NCBI GenBank assembly: GCA_024137785.1 | Contig: JAHRHZ010000024.1 | Coordinates: 10,938,846 to 11,002,725, forward strand | DNA length: 63,880 nt | Direction: 5' to 3' | DNA from: Ginglymostoma cirratum | Taxonomy: Eukaryota | Shown: positions 1 to 13,244 of the stretch, in pieces | Numbering within the stretch: the stretch's first letter is position 1 | Layout: the number at the start of each line of letters is the position of its first letter | Program-made: the position numbers and the translations under genes | Notes under the pieces: generated by a model | The model's input: the letters and a program-made list of their open reading frames with translations, nothing else | Database searches by the model: none | What the model was told of the DNA's origin: nothing

Positions 1-480
1 GGCCACAGCAATGTCTGTGCTCCTGACTATAGAATCCCTTGCCACCACCACTTGCCTACACTTTGACCCTGTCTGCTGTACAACAGTGCCAGTTGTGGTG
101 CCGTTCATCTGGCTGTAGTAGCTGCTTTCCCCTGAAAGGCCAACGACCCAACAGAATTCCAAAACGGTATCCAGTGCTTGTCTGAGACAGGAATAACCAC
201 AGGGGACTCCTGCGCCACCTGCTGTCCCTCCTGATGGTCACCCATTTACCTGGCTCAACTACTAGTGTGACTACATCCCTGAAACATCCATTTAGAAAAC
301 TTTCTGCATCCTGTGTGCTCCTCAGTGAGTTCAACTGCCACTCCAACTGATCCATGTGGTCCGAGAGAAGCTGCAAGTGGACGTGCTTCCTGAAGTCAGA
401 GCTGTCAGGGACATTTAATTTCCGCCTGTTCTCCCTCATCTCACAAGAGCATACCACACCAGTAACTGCTAGTACTACAC
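1..480 (-). mobile_element. CR1 LINE ORF1 N-terminal remnant (Zn-finger/coiled-coil region)
   Basis: ORF 56..457(-) CSCEMRE...RKHVHLQLLSDHMDQLEWQLNSLRSTQDAESFL...VVT...WVTIRR resembles the vertebrate CR1 ORF1p N-terminus; degraded. Confidence 0.7.
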
Positions 481-679
481 CTCTGGTATATGTTGGATAT
501 CATAAAAATAATAAGATAAGAAAATCCGATATCATAACAACCATTCAATATGATAAAGGAATACATTTTGAACTGGATCATTCATATAAACACTATGGCT
601 ATGAAAACAGTTCAAAGGCTGGGAATTCTCCAAGAAAGTCATCTCCTGTCTCCCTGTGTCTGTGCTCTATCGACAATTA

Positions 680-1500
680 ACGCGTCGGTTGTGTAATGGA
701 ATACAATCCACATGTTTGGATGGTTGCAGCTCCAAAAACACTCAAGAAACTTGATACTATCCAAGATCAGGCAGCCCACTTGATTGGTACTACATTCACT
801 CTCTTCACCATTGCACACAGAGGCAGCAGTGTTTACTATCTACAAGGTGCACTAATGACAACTAAGTCCCATTTAATAGAAATTTCTGAAGTCCTCTAAC
901 ACCAAGAACAGCAGATGCATGGCATCACTGCTGTTACTCCATTCTCAAGCCAATTGGTGAAAAATGAAACTAAACATTAATATTTTCTTTAATAATCATT
1001 TTGTTCAGACAATGCATATAGTATTGCATATCTATTCCCTACCTAGCAACAACACAATGTCCTTGCAGACTTTCTTTATCTGCGTTCTTGTATATTTTTT
1101 AATCAACTTGCTCAGATATATTATGACACACACTGAAATGGGGGACAAGAACCCAAGTCTTCTATGGATGCTACCACTGCACCTCAGAAGTCTCAAGTGT
1201 TCAATTTACTTTATTAACCAATGTCCTTCACTTAGGTATCTTAATGTTGTGATTAAAATACCGTTAGCAAATAAAACCTGCAAGTTCTCCTACATTTTAC
1301 ACACCATCCTGATTTGAAACAATATTTAAGTCCTTCACTGGCACTGTGTGAAAACCCTCAAAAACACTGTGGGTGTTCCTATTCTATAAGGACTGTACCA
1401 ATTCAATAAGATGGCTCACCACCACCTTCTCAAGGGAAAATGGGCATGGCCAACAAATTTTGGGATAACCAACAATGCCCATACCCCTGAAACAATGGAA
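680..1500 (+). mobile_element. L2/CR1-group LINE 3' fragment, interrupted at about 960-1300
   Basis: ORF 696..899 MEYNPHVWMVAAPKTLKKLDTIQDQAAHLIG is an RT C-terminal motif. The 3' end GGCTCACCACCACCTTCTCAAGGG...ATGCCCATACCCC follows at about 1413-1490. Confidence 0.7.
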
Positions 1501-2371
1501 AACAATTTTTCAAATTAATTGCAAACTACTAACAACTGAAAGAAGTATGGGTGAAATTGTAAAACTGTAGTGCAGTGTGGTCAATGAGTTACCTTTTTGT
1601 CAGACATCTATATCTGGTAGTTAAGGAGATGCTATCTGCACTGTGGAATTCATAGGACATCAAACATGTTAAGAGCTGTTAACATTTCAGTCATATGGAG
1701 AATGTGATGAAATGCTCCAAGTACTGATTCCATGATTGTAAAAATTTGTTTTTTACCAAATAAATTTATATTGATAATAAACTAAAATTACAGTATATAT
1801 ATAAATGAATGTTTTCCCCGGAATCAGAGAACGACTATGAAGATATTTGGCCATTGTGTCTGCACCAGCTCTCCAGATGCGCATTTTGTGGTCGCTTCAA
1901 GCTAATGATATTTGTTACATTCCCATTACTAGTAGCTTGAGCTGATTTCCAGAACATAACAACAATGAGCAAAGTTCTCTAACTGTGAGTCACTATTAAT
2001 GTAATGATAAATGTTGTTGCTTTATGCTGGTAGATACTGATTTGAAGTCATCCACTGCTGCAGAAATATACCTTTTAAGCACATGTTGTTAAAATAAACT
2101 AAACTAAAATATATGAGCATAATATTGTCTACATAATAATGTTCCCTTATGTTGCTGAATGTTAGATTTCACCAGATTAAGCTTCTGTGAGCTGCCTTGA
2201 TGTGCATTATTGCAATAAAGGTATTACATTAGGTACAAGCTGTTATTATTGTTGATAACCATTTTCAAGGTTGTTCAGAAATATAGTGATTATTAAATAA
2301 GAGTACAGGAATCTTTGAAGGTGACAGGACAAGTGGAGAAGACTGGTTCCAAAATGCACATAGCATCCTTG

Positions 2372-3860
2372 ATTTTTTTTTTTGTCAATGAGTTTTGCTG
2401 GCTGGACCAGTATTTCTTGTTCATTTCCAGTTGCTCTTGAGAAGGTGGTGGTGAGCTGTCTTCTTGAAACACTGCAGTTCATGTGCAGTAGCTAGATCCA
2501 CAATGCCTTTAAGGGAGGGAATCCCAGGAATTTAACCCAGCAATGCTGAAGAAGTGCCAATACCATTCTAAGTCTGGATGGCGAGTTAGTTGGAGGGGAA
2601 CTTGCAGGTGCAGCTGTTCCTATGTATTGGCTGTTCTTGTCCTTCTAGATGACGTGATTGTGGATTTGGAAGGTGCTGCCCAGAAAGTACATATCGCTGC
2701 TACTGAGTGTCAGTGATGGAAGGAGTGAATGTTTGTGGATATGATGTCAATTAAGTGGGCTGCTTTGAACTGGATGGTGTCAAGCTTCTTGACTGCTGTT
2801 GGAGCTGCACTCATCCAGACAATGGTGCACCCTTCATGATACTTCATATGTGATGGTAGTGGCACTGGACTAATAATTCAGGAACACAGGCTAAGATTCT
2901 AGGGTATTGGTTCAAAACCCAATACACTAATTTAATTCAATTAGTGAATGTGGACTTTAAAGATAGTCTCAGTGTCAATGATCACAAAACTGCCATTGAT
3001 TGTTGCTTGAACAGATGTGTTTCACAAATGACCTTTGCAGAAACGAATCTGCCATCTTTCTGTATCTTGCCCTGTGTGTGACTCCAGACCCACAGCAAAG
3101 TATTTGATTTGTAACTGTCCGCGAAATGGCCGAGCAAGTCACTCAAATCATTTCAAACTCAATTAGGGATGAGCAACTAATGCCGTTAGGGAGGGAATTG
3201 GCTATGGTGGCCTTGCCAGTAACACCCATATCCCATGATTTTTTTTGTTTAAAAGATAGCCACTGTTGAGCTAGGAGGTGAGCTATTCTCGGTAGGATTC
3301 CATGTTTCTGATCTGCTCTTGTAGCCACAGTATTTATGTGGTGATCCCAGTTCAGTTTCTTGTTAATGTTAGCCACCAGGAGGTTGATAATGGAGGATTC
3401 AGCAATGATGATGGCATTGAATGTCAATGGATAGTAGTTAGATTCTCTCCTGCGGAATGTAATCTTTGCCTGATACCTATGGTGTGAATGCTACATGCTG
3501 TTTGTCAGTCCAAAGGTCTGGCTGAGTTTGGACATGGACTGATTCAGTATTTGAGGGATCTCAAATAGTGCTGAACATTATTCAATCGTCAGCAAACACT
3601 CCGGCTTCTGGCCTTACGATAGAAGAAACGATCAGTAATGAAGCAGCTAAAGATGGTTGGGGACAGGACGTTATCCTGACAGACTCCTGCAATGATGTCC
3701 TGTGGCTGAAATATTGAACTTCAACAATCACAACCCTTTGTGCTAGGGTCTGACTCCAACCAATGGAGAGATTTCTCCTTTATTCCCATTGACCATATTT
3801 TGCTAAGGCTCCATGAGGACACTTTTCATCAAATCCAACATTGCGTCTCAATGCCAGTCA
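2372..3860 (-). mobile_element. L2/CR1-group LINE fragment split by a SINE
   Basis: Reverse complement of the same 3' end (TTGAGAAGGTGGTGGTGAGCTG, about 2437). ORF 3143..3427(-) includes INKKLNWDHHINTVATRADQKHGILPR, RT C-terminal. Confidence 0.7.
2852..3245 (+). mobile_element. tRNA-derived SINE with LINE-type 3' tail
   Basis: B-box-like GGTTCAAAACCC at about 2909; body TGACTCCAGACCCACAGCAA; tail AATTAGGGATGAGCAA...CCCATATCCCATGA. Same family as 9728-10082. Confidence 0.7.
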
Positions 3861-3914
3861 CTCTGAAAATTTGGAGTTCAACAAAAGAATAGAGCAAGAA
3901 TACACAAAAGTTAT

Positions 3915-4245
3915 GATAAACCATAAGCAATAGACATCGGTTTGGACCGTTTGGCTCCTTGAGTCTGCTCCACCATTTAATAGGATCATGGTAATCTGAC
4001 ATTCCTCTTGTCCACTTACCTGCATTTTCCCCATAGCCCTTGAGTCCTCTACTGATCAAGAATCTCAGCCTTAAATATGCACAAGAACTCTGTCCCACAA
4101 CGCTCTGTGGCAAGGCATTCCAAAGATTCACAAAGAAATTCCTCCTCTCAGTCTTAAATTGGCGTCGTTTTATTCTAAGACTCTTCCATAAGGAGAACCA
4201 CCATCTCAGATTTTAATGTGTCAAGTCCCTTAAGAATATGTTTCA
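3915..4245 (-). mobile_element. CR1 LINE 3' end
   Basis: ORF 3829..4131(-) NLWNALPQSVV...LKGYGENAGKW is the CR1 ORF2 terminus plus 3' UTR. Confidence 0.75.
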
Positions 4246-4554
4246 GGCCTTTAGAAGTCACAGGTTAGATTCTAGGTAGAGAACTATTTCAATTCTAGAC
4301 AGTACACTTTTGAAAGAATACCTAACATCCTAGAGAAATGCAGAAGAGATTTACTGTTACGGCACATGGAATGCTGGACTTCAGTTATGTGGAGCATCTA
4401 GTGAATCAGAGTCCCTGCTCCACAGAAGAACAAGTTAATGAGACTTACTTAATTAATCCTGAAAGAAATAAGAAGAAACTTGTTTCCTATAACTGTAAAC
4501 TGTAGATGAGGTCAATAGCAAGAGGGAACAGATTTACAATGGCAAACCAACTAT

Positions 4555-5670
4555 AATGGATCAGTACAAGTCGGCTATTCAGCCCATCAATTCTGCACCA
4601 GAACCAATGAAACCATGCTTGATCTGATAATCTTCAACCCAATTTTCCTGCCTTTTCTCCCACAACCCTTGATATCCAGACAGATTTTTAAATCAGTAAG
4701 TCTCAGCCTTGAAGACAACTAACAACATGGCCACTATGGTAAAAAATTTCACAGATTCATTACCCTCAGAGAAAAAATTCCTCATGCCAAATCTTTATCC
4801 ACTTGCTTAACCTGTTGATATCTCTCTGTAACATCCTCACCACTTACCTTCCAATTTATTTTTGTGTAATTCACAAACTTGTCTGCAGTTCATTTATGTT
4901 CCTATGGAATCCCAACAGTGTGGAAACAGGCCATTCAGCCCAATAAGTCCACACAACCTTCTGAAGAGCATCTGACCCAGACCCACTCCCCTAATTTCCA
5001 ATGTCTAACCCACCTCACCTAAACATCCCAGGGTGCTGTGGATAATTTAGCATGGCCAATCCACCTAACCTGCACATCTTTGGACTTTGGGAGGAAACCC
5101 ATGCAGACATAGGGAGAATGTACAAACTCCACACAGGCAGTTGCCTGAGGTTGGAATTGAACCTGGGTCCCTGGTGCTGTGAGGCAGCAGTGCTAACCAC
5201 TGAGCTACCATGCCATCCTCCTCCAAGACATTGATATATATTTTAAATAACAGTGGCCCCATCAATGAACCCTGTAGTATTTGACTACTTACAGGAATCA
5301 TTCTGAAAATACACTTCTGATCCTTTATCTCTCTCTTCTATTACATTGTCAATCTTCTACCCATGCTTATACAGTACATCCAACACCATAGGCCTTCATC
5401 TTATTTTGTAGCCTTATGTGTTGTACCTTATGAAATATCTTCTAGAAACCCAAAGGTATTCTGGCTGCTGCTTCTCCTTCAAACATTCTACTTGCTACCT
5501 CCTGAAAGAATTCTAATGAATTTGTCAGACATGATTGCCCCACTGTGAAGTCTCGCTGCCTCTGCTGAATTATACAATTGGTTCTAAATGTTCAGCTATT
5601 ACATCCTCCATAATGGACTCCAACATTTTGACAGTAACAGACATTAAGCTAACTGGGCTACAGTTATTTG
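4555..5670 (-). mobile_element. Degraded CR1 LINE hosting an HE1-type SINE
   Basis: CR1 3' UTR-like sequence at about 4560-4790; reverse strand reads GSLMGPLLFKIYIN (RT) at about 5230-5280. Confidence 0.65.
4903..5215 (-). mobile_element. HE1-type V-SINE, near full length
   Basis: Reverse strand: GTAGCTCAGTGGTTAGCACTGCTGCCTCACAGCACCAGGGACCCAGGTTCAATTCC (A/B boxes), V-domain-like TGTGTGGAGTTTGTACATTCTCCC, and a CR1-like tail. Confidence 0.88.
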
Positions 5671-7162
5671 GATTTTTTTTGGATCTTCCAAAAAGCAGAA
5701 AGTACTAGGGAAAAAAAACTCAACAATTCTGACAGCATTTTTGGCTAGAGCTTTGAGGTCTTCAAAACTGAAGACATATCAAATGTGATAGGTTTTAGGT
5801 TAAAACATGTTGGGTATGTAACAATGAAGGAACAGCTTTTTAACTCTAGTTAGATGGGCAACTAATTATCTATTATTAACTTATCAGTGAACACTGCCAA
5901 AGTTGACTTTATTGCAGAGTGAAATTTAATGCTACCCACTAACCCTCAATCAACTCCAGACAAGAGTGAGTTTGGATTCAGAGAGCATTAAAGCGGGAAG
6001 GGAGCACAAAGTAGGGACCCTGTTAGGATCCAGCCTTTACTTGATTAAATCCAGGCCTGTAAGGCTCAATACAGTCTTCCCACCCAATTGCTAACTAAGG
6101 CTCTCAAATGAACATTCATTGTGCTTGAGACTATCATCCTACCTTCACTGATGTTCAACCCAGGGATTTGCTTGTGAACCAACCAGGTTAGGGACTTCTT
6201 TGTTGGAAGGTGTTGTTCTCTGATCAAGGGATTTGCCATCAGGAAGCAGTATGGTTGCCAAATAACACCCCTGCCAACCTATCACCAGCGCCATCATGCT
6301 TTTCCCTCTTCGCCCTTCTCTTCATACGATCCTTCCAAACTTTGATCCTGATCTTGTGCTCAGTCACCATTTGGCTTCAGATGTCCTGGTCTCTGATAGG
6401 TAAATTATTGGCAACTGCCATTTTTCCAGTGGTTCTGTATTCAGTGGAGAACTTTTGGCTTCTGATTGCCAAGGAGTTCACTGGGTGGGGGTTTGGGGTG
6501 GATCTCTACCTCTGTTGGTCCTAATCCCTAGGAAGGCCCCAAGTGACCACTTCAGTTTCTGGCACTTTGCATGCTGGGCTTTGAGTAAGGAAGAGAGATT
6601 TGGAGCTCTCGCTGACTGTCCAGATGACAGCTCCAATTGCCCGGATTAAACTTGGCCCACACACTTCAAAATTATGCCAAGGGAGTTAATTTCCAAATTG
6701 AAGGGTTTGGAACTTTTTAGAAGCAGTGTAAACTACTTTTTTAAAATTTATGTTATTAGAGACACTTATATAATCAAACAGGGAATATTGCTGAATCTCA
6801 CTGGACTGTTTTATTTTAAATAAATTAAAATTCCTATCTTAATAAGCTTTATCCATTGAACCGGATTCAATGAAATAATATTAATAGTACTTCAATCTAA
6901 TTTTATGAAATGACACCTAGTTACCATGCTATAATTTGCACTGATGACAAACTTATTGAAATATTGTTTAGCATATTGGGACCTACAATGTAATCTTTTA
7001 AATTCAACCACCTCCAACATCGCAAATGTGGAATTTAATTACTAAAATTGTTGGTGAATTAAATGATTGTAAAACTTCAAACTTCATGTTCTCATTTCCA
7101 AGGGCACACTTCTGTTGGTTCAATCCCAAATAGATTTGAATTTAAAAACCAGGCATACATTC

Positions 7163-7295
7163 CAGAAAATGCTGGAGGAACTCAGCAGGTCTGACAGCAT
7201 CTGTGGAGACCGAAACTGAAACTTCCCCCCTCATGCTATCTTCAGGTTCTCTTTTATTTCAGATGTCCAGCTTCTGCAATATTTTTCTTTTACTT
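7163..7295. mobile_element. Degraded Penelope-derived fold-back remnant (older subfamily)
   Basis: CAGAAAATGCTGGAGGAACTCAGCAGGTCTGACAGCATCTGTGGAGA arm and TTTCAGATGTCCAGCTTCTGCAATATTT tail; homologous to 23418-23654 and 53757-53902. Confidence 0.6.
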
Positions 7296-7574
7296 TACTT
7301 CACTGTCACTTCTCTTCCTGGCATGTCCACCTTTAAGAAGTTCTGTTCTTCTTTCCAACGAGATTTCTGTTTTAATCTGTCAGCTTGCTCATTTTCATTG
7401 TTTTCTATTTCACTGAATAATGTTCAGTAAGATGTTTACCAAAAGTTTGTTTTACAGTCACAGCTTATTTCTCAGTGGCTGCCTCTGGCTCAGACTTGCC
7501 CTGTGGATTCCGATTGACATTTCATCCCTCATGTTTCAAATTCACCCATATATTCTCAAAACAACACTCCTCAA

Positions 7575-8395
7575 ACTAAGGTCGTAGGCCTAACCATCTT
7601 CAGCTGCTTCATGAATGACCTTCCTTCCATAATTAGATCAGGGATGAGGTTGTTTGCTGATGATTTCACAATATACAGCATCATTCCTAATTCCCCAGAT
7701 ACGGAAGCAATCTCAAAGAATGGAGAATAAAGCCATCACCCTTTGCTATCCAATGGCATCACAATTGCTGAACTGTGCCCTGCCCCAGCTCCCCAAGAGT
7801 TACCATTGACCAGAAACTGAACAGGACTAGCCATTAATATATTGTGGCTGTGAGAACAGATCAGAGTTAGGAATCCTGCAGTGCATAACTCCCCTCCTGG
7901 CTCTCCAGAGCCTGCCCACGATCTATAAAGCACAAGACAGATATGTGGTAGCATACACCCCACTAGCCTGGATGAGCGCAACTCCAACAACACTCAAGAA
8001 ACTTGACACCAGCCGAGACAAAGCAGCCTGCTTGATTGGCACCACATTCCCAAATATTCAATCGCTTAACCATTGATGCTCAGCAGCAAGAAACACATAC
8101 CATCCAAAAGATGCACTGCAGAAATTCAACAAGGCTCTTTCGACAACCACATCCATCTACAAGGACAAGGGTCAAAGATACCTGAAAATTCCCATCCAAG
8201 TCACCTACCCTTCTGACTTGGAAGTATATCACTGTTACTTCAGTGTCGCCAGGTCAAATCCTGGAATTTCCATCTTAATGGTATTGTTAGTTTACCTACA
8301 CGAAACAGATTGCAGTGGTTAAGGAGGCAGTTCACCACCATCTTCTCAATGTTGCCTCAGCTGGTGACACCCATAGCCCATGAGTGACTAAAAAG
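7575..8395 (+). mobile_element. L2/CR1-group LINE RT to 3' end fragment
   Basis: CTAGGCCTAACC-like GP..FSCFMNDL and LFADD (TTGTTTGCTGATGAT, about 7650) RT motifs, then LKKLDTSRDKAACLIG and the 3' CACCACCATCTTCTCAA end. Confidence 0.75.
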
Positions 8396-8399
8396 AAGA

Positions 8400-8750
8400 C
8401 AGATTTTATTACCACATCCTGAGATCCACGCTTGGTACCATGTGCCATCACAAATATCCAGCATCTTCCTCCATCGGCAGTGTCTTATGTATCTCAGAAA
8501 CTGCCCAGCTTCATTTCATTCTCCATCGCATTCAATATTGTAACAAGAAAAGTTTTATCTTCCTTTCGGGTATTAATGAACATAAGCTCGAACAACTCAG
8601 AGATAGCTGCATGTTTCTGAAGCTGAGTCATATCAGACTCAAAACATTAACTCTGTTTCCCTTTCTACAAATATTGTTAGACATGAGTCCTAATTGTTTT
8701 TGGTTTTTATTTCAGAACTCAGGCAAGTGCACGACTTTGATTTTTTTGAT
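8400..8750 (+). mobile_element. Old Penelope-like 3' fragment with degenerate hammerhead motif
   Basis: CTGAAGCTGAGTCATATCAGACTCAAAACATTAACTCTG at 8617-8655, followed by the PLE arm/tail sequence; upstream sequence only weakly resembles the PLE ORF end. Confidence 0.55.
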
Positions 8751-9727
8751 ACTATAATAGTTCAAAGGGTGATGTCAATAAGCAGTTGATGAGATTTTGA
8801 ACTCTGAGGCAGAGCGGGCTGTTTTATTTCAACTTTAAAGAGCAGGAGACTGAAATAACTTGACAGTTCCACAGACCCAATTCAGCTTTTATACACATTC
8901 ATGTCTAGTCATAAAAAAAATTGTAAGTCTTAACGTTCCAATAAATGTCTGTTTGAACTCAGCTCTGAAATGTCTCTGCTGAGTTCAGATTTCTCCCCTG
9001 TGTAAATCACTTGTGACTATGATACCCCACTCCTGTGGAAATAGGAATGGTCAGAAGTGGAGTGAGGGTGGTTTCTGGATTTTGGACGCTGGTACTATCT
9101 TGAAAAGTCATACAGTCTCCACAATTCTCTGAAAAACTGCACCTCCATCTCTGATTGAGATCATTGATACAACATTGATTCTCACCACCCACCTGTAATC
9201 TTCCACCCCACCTTCACAGAAGCTGTCGAAATCTTGGCAGATAAAAATCTTAGAAATCACATGATTGTAAAGTAGCCTTGTAAAAAAAAAATTCCTGAGG
9301 ACGGAGGCAAAGCTGGGTTTTTGATGGAACACACATTCATAATTATTGGTGGACAACCTAGCCCTGAAAGATGACTTTCATTTTACTTAAATGCCAAATC
9401 TCTGCATTATGGTGCACGCGATCCCATAGATTTAGAAAGTATTTCATAAAGTTTATGATATTTCAAGTCTACTTTAATCCACATATATGACTTAAATTTT
9501 ATTGCCCACTCTGTAAAGTGATTAAAAAATGAACAGTAATCAGTTCATTTGACTTCTGTCCAGTTCCTTGTAAGTGATGGTCTGATTAGCCTATTTGTAG
9601 ACATTACTATTGATGGATAGTAGAGGCTCCAAACAGGCAACTTTAAATCTATTGGATAATTTCAAGGACTCAGGATCCTTCGTTTCTACCTTCTTAATCC
9701 CTGTACAGGCTCATTCCTTTTAGTCCT

Positions 9728-10082
9728 TTATTCATTCACAGGGATGAGGGCATCACTGGCTAGGCAGCATTTATTGCCCATCCCTAATTGCCCAGTGGGC
9801 AGTTAAGAGTCAACCATATTGTTGTGGGTCTGGAGTCACATGTAGGCCAGCCCGGTAAGGATGGCAGATTTCCTTCCCTAAAGGATATTAGTGAAACAGA
9901 AGGGGTTTCTCTGACAATTGGCAATGGATTCATGGTCATCATTAGACTGTTAAGTCCAGACATTTATTGAATTCAAATTTCACCATCTACCGTGGTGGGA
10001 TTTGAACCTGGGCCCAGCAGAACATTACCTAGGTCTCTGGGTTAATAGTCCAGTGATAATACCACTAAGGCCATCGTCTCCC
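9728..10082 (-). mobile_element. tRNA-derived SINE, full length, with LINE-type 3' tail
   Basis: Reverse strand: GGGAGACGATGGCCTTAGTGG (A box), GGTTCAAATCCC (B box), central GGGAAGGAAATCTGCCATCC, tail GGCAATTAGGGATGGGCAATAAATGCTG...TGAATGAATA. Confidence 0.88.
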
Positions 10083-12464
10083 TGCAATTACATCTTCCTG
10101 TCTGTCAACATGGGCCAACTCAGAAGATCCAAGCCTAAGGATGTGACTGCCTTCCAGATTAAAATGTCTAGGTATCCACACTGACACGCTCCAATATCTG
10201 AAGATTTGCATCTAGCTCATGAAATCTGAGCTGGAGTTCCTCAAGTCAATGTGACTGATTGCCAACATGATGCCACTGATCATACTGGCATCGATTAGCT
10301 GCAACATTATAAAGCTGCAACATGTTCACCTGCACTGCCATCTGTGTTGTATTTTAATTAACAGTAATTTAATTCGTAATTTAAATTTTAATTAATGCCT
10401 CCATGCCAGCTTATTGTACATGTATGCATTTATTTCAATTAATGTTATACTTACCACAATTAAAAAAATACCTACTGGATAAAAGAATAAGACAAAATGC
10501 TCAGCAATCAATTGCTTTCCTTCTGTCTTATTAGTTCACAATTTGATTTCCTTTAGAATACTTTGAACCTAGGGATACACTTCTCTATCTCTGCAGATTC
10601 TCACCACTATCTCTGGGGTTAGGAGAGGCTAAATGCCAGCGATTTGATTGGAGTGGGTGGGTAGTTGCTTAGGTGTTGTGATTGCAATTTTATTCTTGTG
10701 TTACCTGAAGGTCACACAATAAAGGTGCATGCATTCCAATTACTTTGAAAATCTCTAACAGTTTTATTTGCAGTGAAACTAATATATAAAGTGCAAAGTA
10801 ATATCTAGTTACAAACTGTGCCTAGAGTGCTCAACAAGAAAGAGACTGTGCTCATGTGACAACATCCTGGTACCTGGTCTATTTGCCTATTGAGTTTCTT
10901 AAAGGGTTTTCATTCCAAATGTGACAATAAAAACGTCAGTAAGTCAGTTGGGTTTTTTTTATATTTATTCATTGAATGTGAGCATTACTAGCTGGGCCAG
11001 CACTTATTGTCCATCTTTAGTTGCTTTTGGGCTTTTGAGTCATCTGGGTAGTCAGGCTGAGATGGCAGTTGGATCGAGTGGTTATTGGCTGGGCAATAGA
11101 CCCAGAAGGGTCGTCTTGTGAGCGTTTGGGTCTAGGTGTTGGTTGGATTGGAGGGATTGGGTTTATTGTAAAGTGACTGGGAGATGGATCAGGTTGGGTT
11201 GGATGAATTCAGATCAGTGGAGAGAGTAGCTGGGAGGAGTGTAGCAATTGTGAGGAGGATGTTTGTAGTGCTCGGTTTAGATATGATATTTAAACTCTGT
11301 GGTAAACCATAAGGTGTGACTGTGTGTGTCATCTGCATGCATTAACATTGGCATGGTATACTGTACAATTACAGCTCATTTAACTAATGGTAAAGCTATA
11401 CCTAGGTAACTAGCAGCAGTTTTATCACGGTGTGTGCCCAGCAAGGCATGATATCTAATCAAATCAAATCAAATTTATAACTTTACTTATCTAGATTTCA
11501 GATCTCATAGAAGGGTTAATTTTGAGTTTGGAAGACAATATAAGTGGACAATACCAGATCATCTATCTGTTATACATAGCTTCCAACTTGCATGGGAATC
11601 TGCAGCACTTTATAATGTGTAGCTGATCCAATGTTACTCTATTATCATGATTGCATGAAATCAAAATTACTTTTTAGACAATTTATGACTTCAAACTAAT
11701 AAAAATGTCAATAATAGATCAAGTCATCTTCTGAAATCTGCTGTCTAAGTGATACAGTCACAGCATTTGAACGGCCTGAGAGATCTTAGATTTTAGCTTC
11801 AAGGAAATGGCAAAGTATGTCTAAATCAGGATAAAATGTGAGATGGAGAGGAATGTGGCGATATTCATTCAAGCTTCATTAAAGATGGGATTGAGATAAC
11901 TCAAAAAAGTAGGACTGGCATGGATGCATATATATTTTTTAAAGTTATGCATTTATTTGCCTGCAGAAATTTATGCAAACATCTTCCTTAGAATTTAAAA
12001 AAATATAGAAGTGTCTCTTGTCAGTAACTGAAGTTTGCTGCAGATAAGGCATCAACTCCCACCAGACCAAAGCACTGTCAATGACAATGTCAGTTAATGA
12101 GCCATTCCTATGACAGAAAGCACAATTAAATTCATAGTGTTGACTTCATTTATCACCATATATTATATGCTAATGTAATTAATTCTCCAAAATCTGTTCA
12201 GGATTTTGCAGCAACTACTCTATGATTTGATTTTCAAAACAAGTCTGAAGTTCCATGGGATTCAAGGTCTAATTTTGCTATTTTGATCCAACAAAGAACA
12301 CTATTCAAAAAGACAGCGTAAGAAGTTGAAGTTCATTCAAAGTCCTATGCCATCTGGAATTGTTTTACTGTATCAATGTTTTTCTCTTCCATATTAATGG
12401 GGATTGCGGCAATGATCACATGAGGACTGTCTTCAAATTTTATTGTTTGTTTTAAACTCATTAA

Positions 12465-12960
12465 TGACATCCAAGCATTTCTGTAAGGGCTACCATTTAT
12501 TGCCCATCCTGAATTGCATTTGATAAGATGATGGAGACTCACCTTTCTCAGCTGCTGTTATTTGTACAGTGTAGATACTCCCAGTGTACTGTTAGGGAAG
12601 GAGATCCTGGATTTTGACCCAACAATGATGAGAAAAGTTGGTATATTTCCAAGATTAAATGATGTGTTGGTTGGAGGGAGATTGTAGGTGGTAATGTTTA
12701 CCTTTTTCCTTATGTTGCTAAGCAGTAGAAGTCATGGGTTTGGGAGGTGCTTTGGAAGAAACCTTGATACATTGGTGCAACAGTGCATGTTGTCAATAAC
12801 GCACAAGATCCTGCTGTGATGGCAGGCCAAATGTCTAAAATAGCAGATGTAGCACCTAACAAGCAGTTGCTCATCCTGGCTGGTACTGAGCTTCTTGATT
12901 ATTGTTAGAGCTGGACTTATTTAGTCATTCGAATGCAGAATATTCCATCACACTGACATG
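12465..12960 (-). mobile_element. L2/CR1-group LINE 3' fragment
   Basis: CATTTATTGCCCATCCTGAATTGC tail, and body homologous to 2372-2850. Confidence 0.65.
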
Positions 12961-13244
12961 ACCAAATACAAAGAATATGTTCAGAGTACCCCACAAACCA
13001 TGAACTTGTATAATTCTGTATATGATCCTTCTTAATATTGACTGTTTCATTTTCCATACTCCAGAAGTATAACTTTAAGTTTTAAACAAGGTAAAAGGTT
13101 AACTCCTGACACAACTATTATTGACAGCTATGTAGTTAAGCAATGATAATATTATTTGCTAAAATACAGATTGTGATTTAAGTTGTGTGATTAAAATATA
13201 TATTTATTGACATAATTTACTTTCGAGTAACATATTTAGTTATA

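Noticed and set aside
5150-5215. tRNA gene (also the A/B boxes near 10000-10080 and 51995-52050)
   Set aside because: tRNA-derived SINE heads continuous with SINE bodies; no complete cloverleaf.
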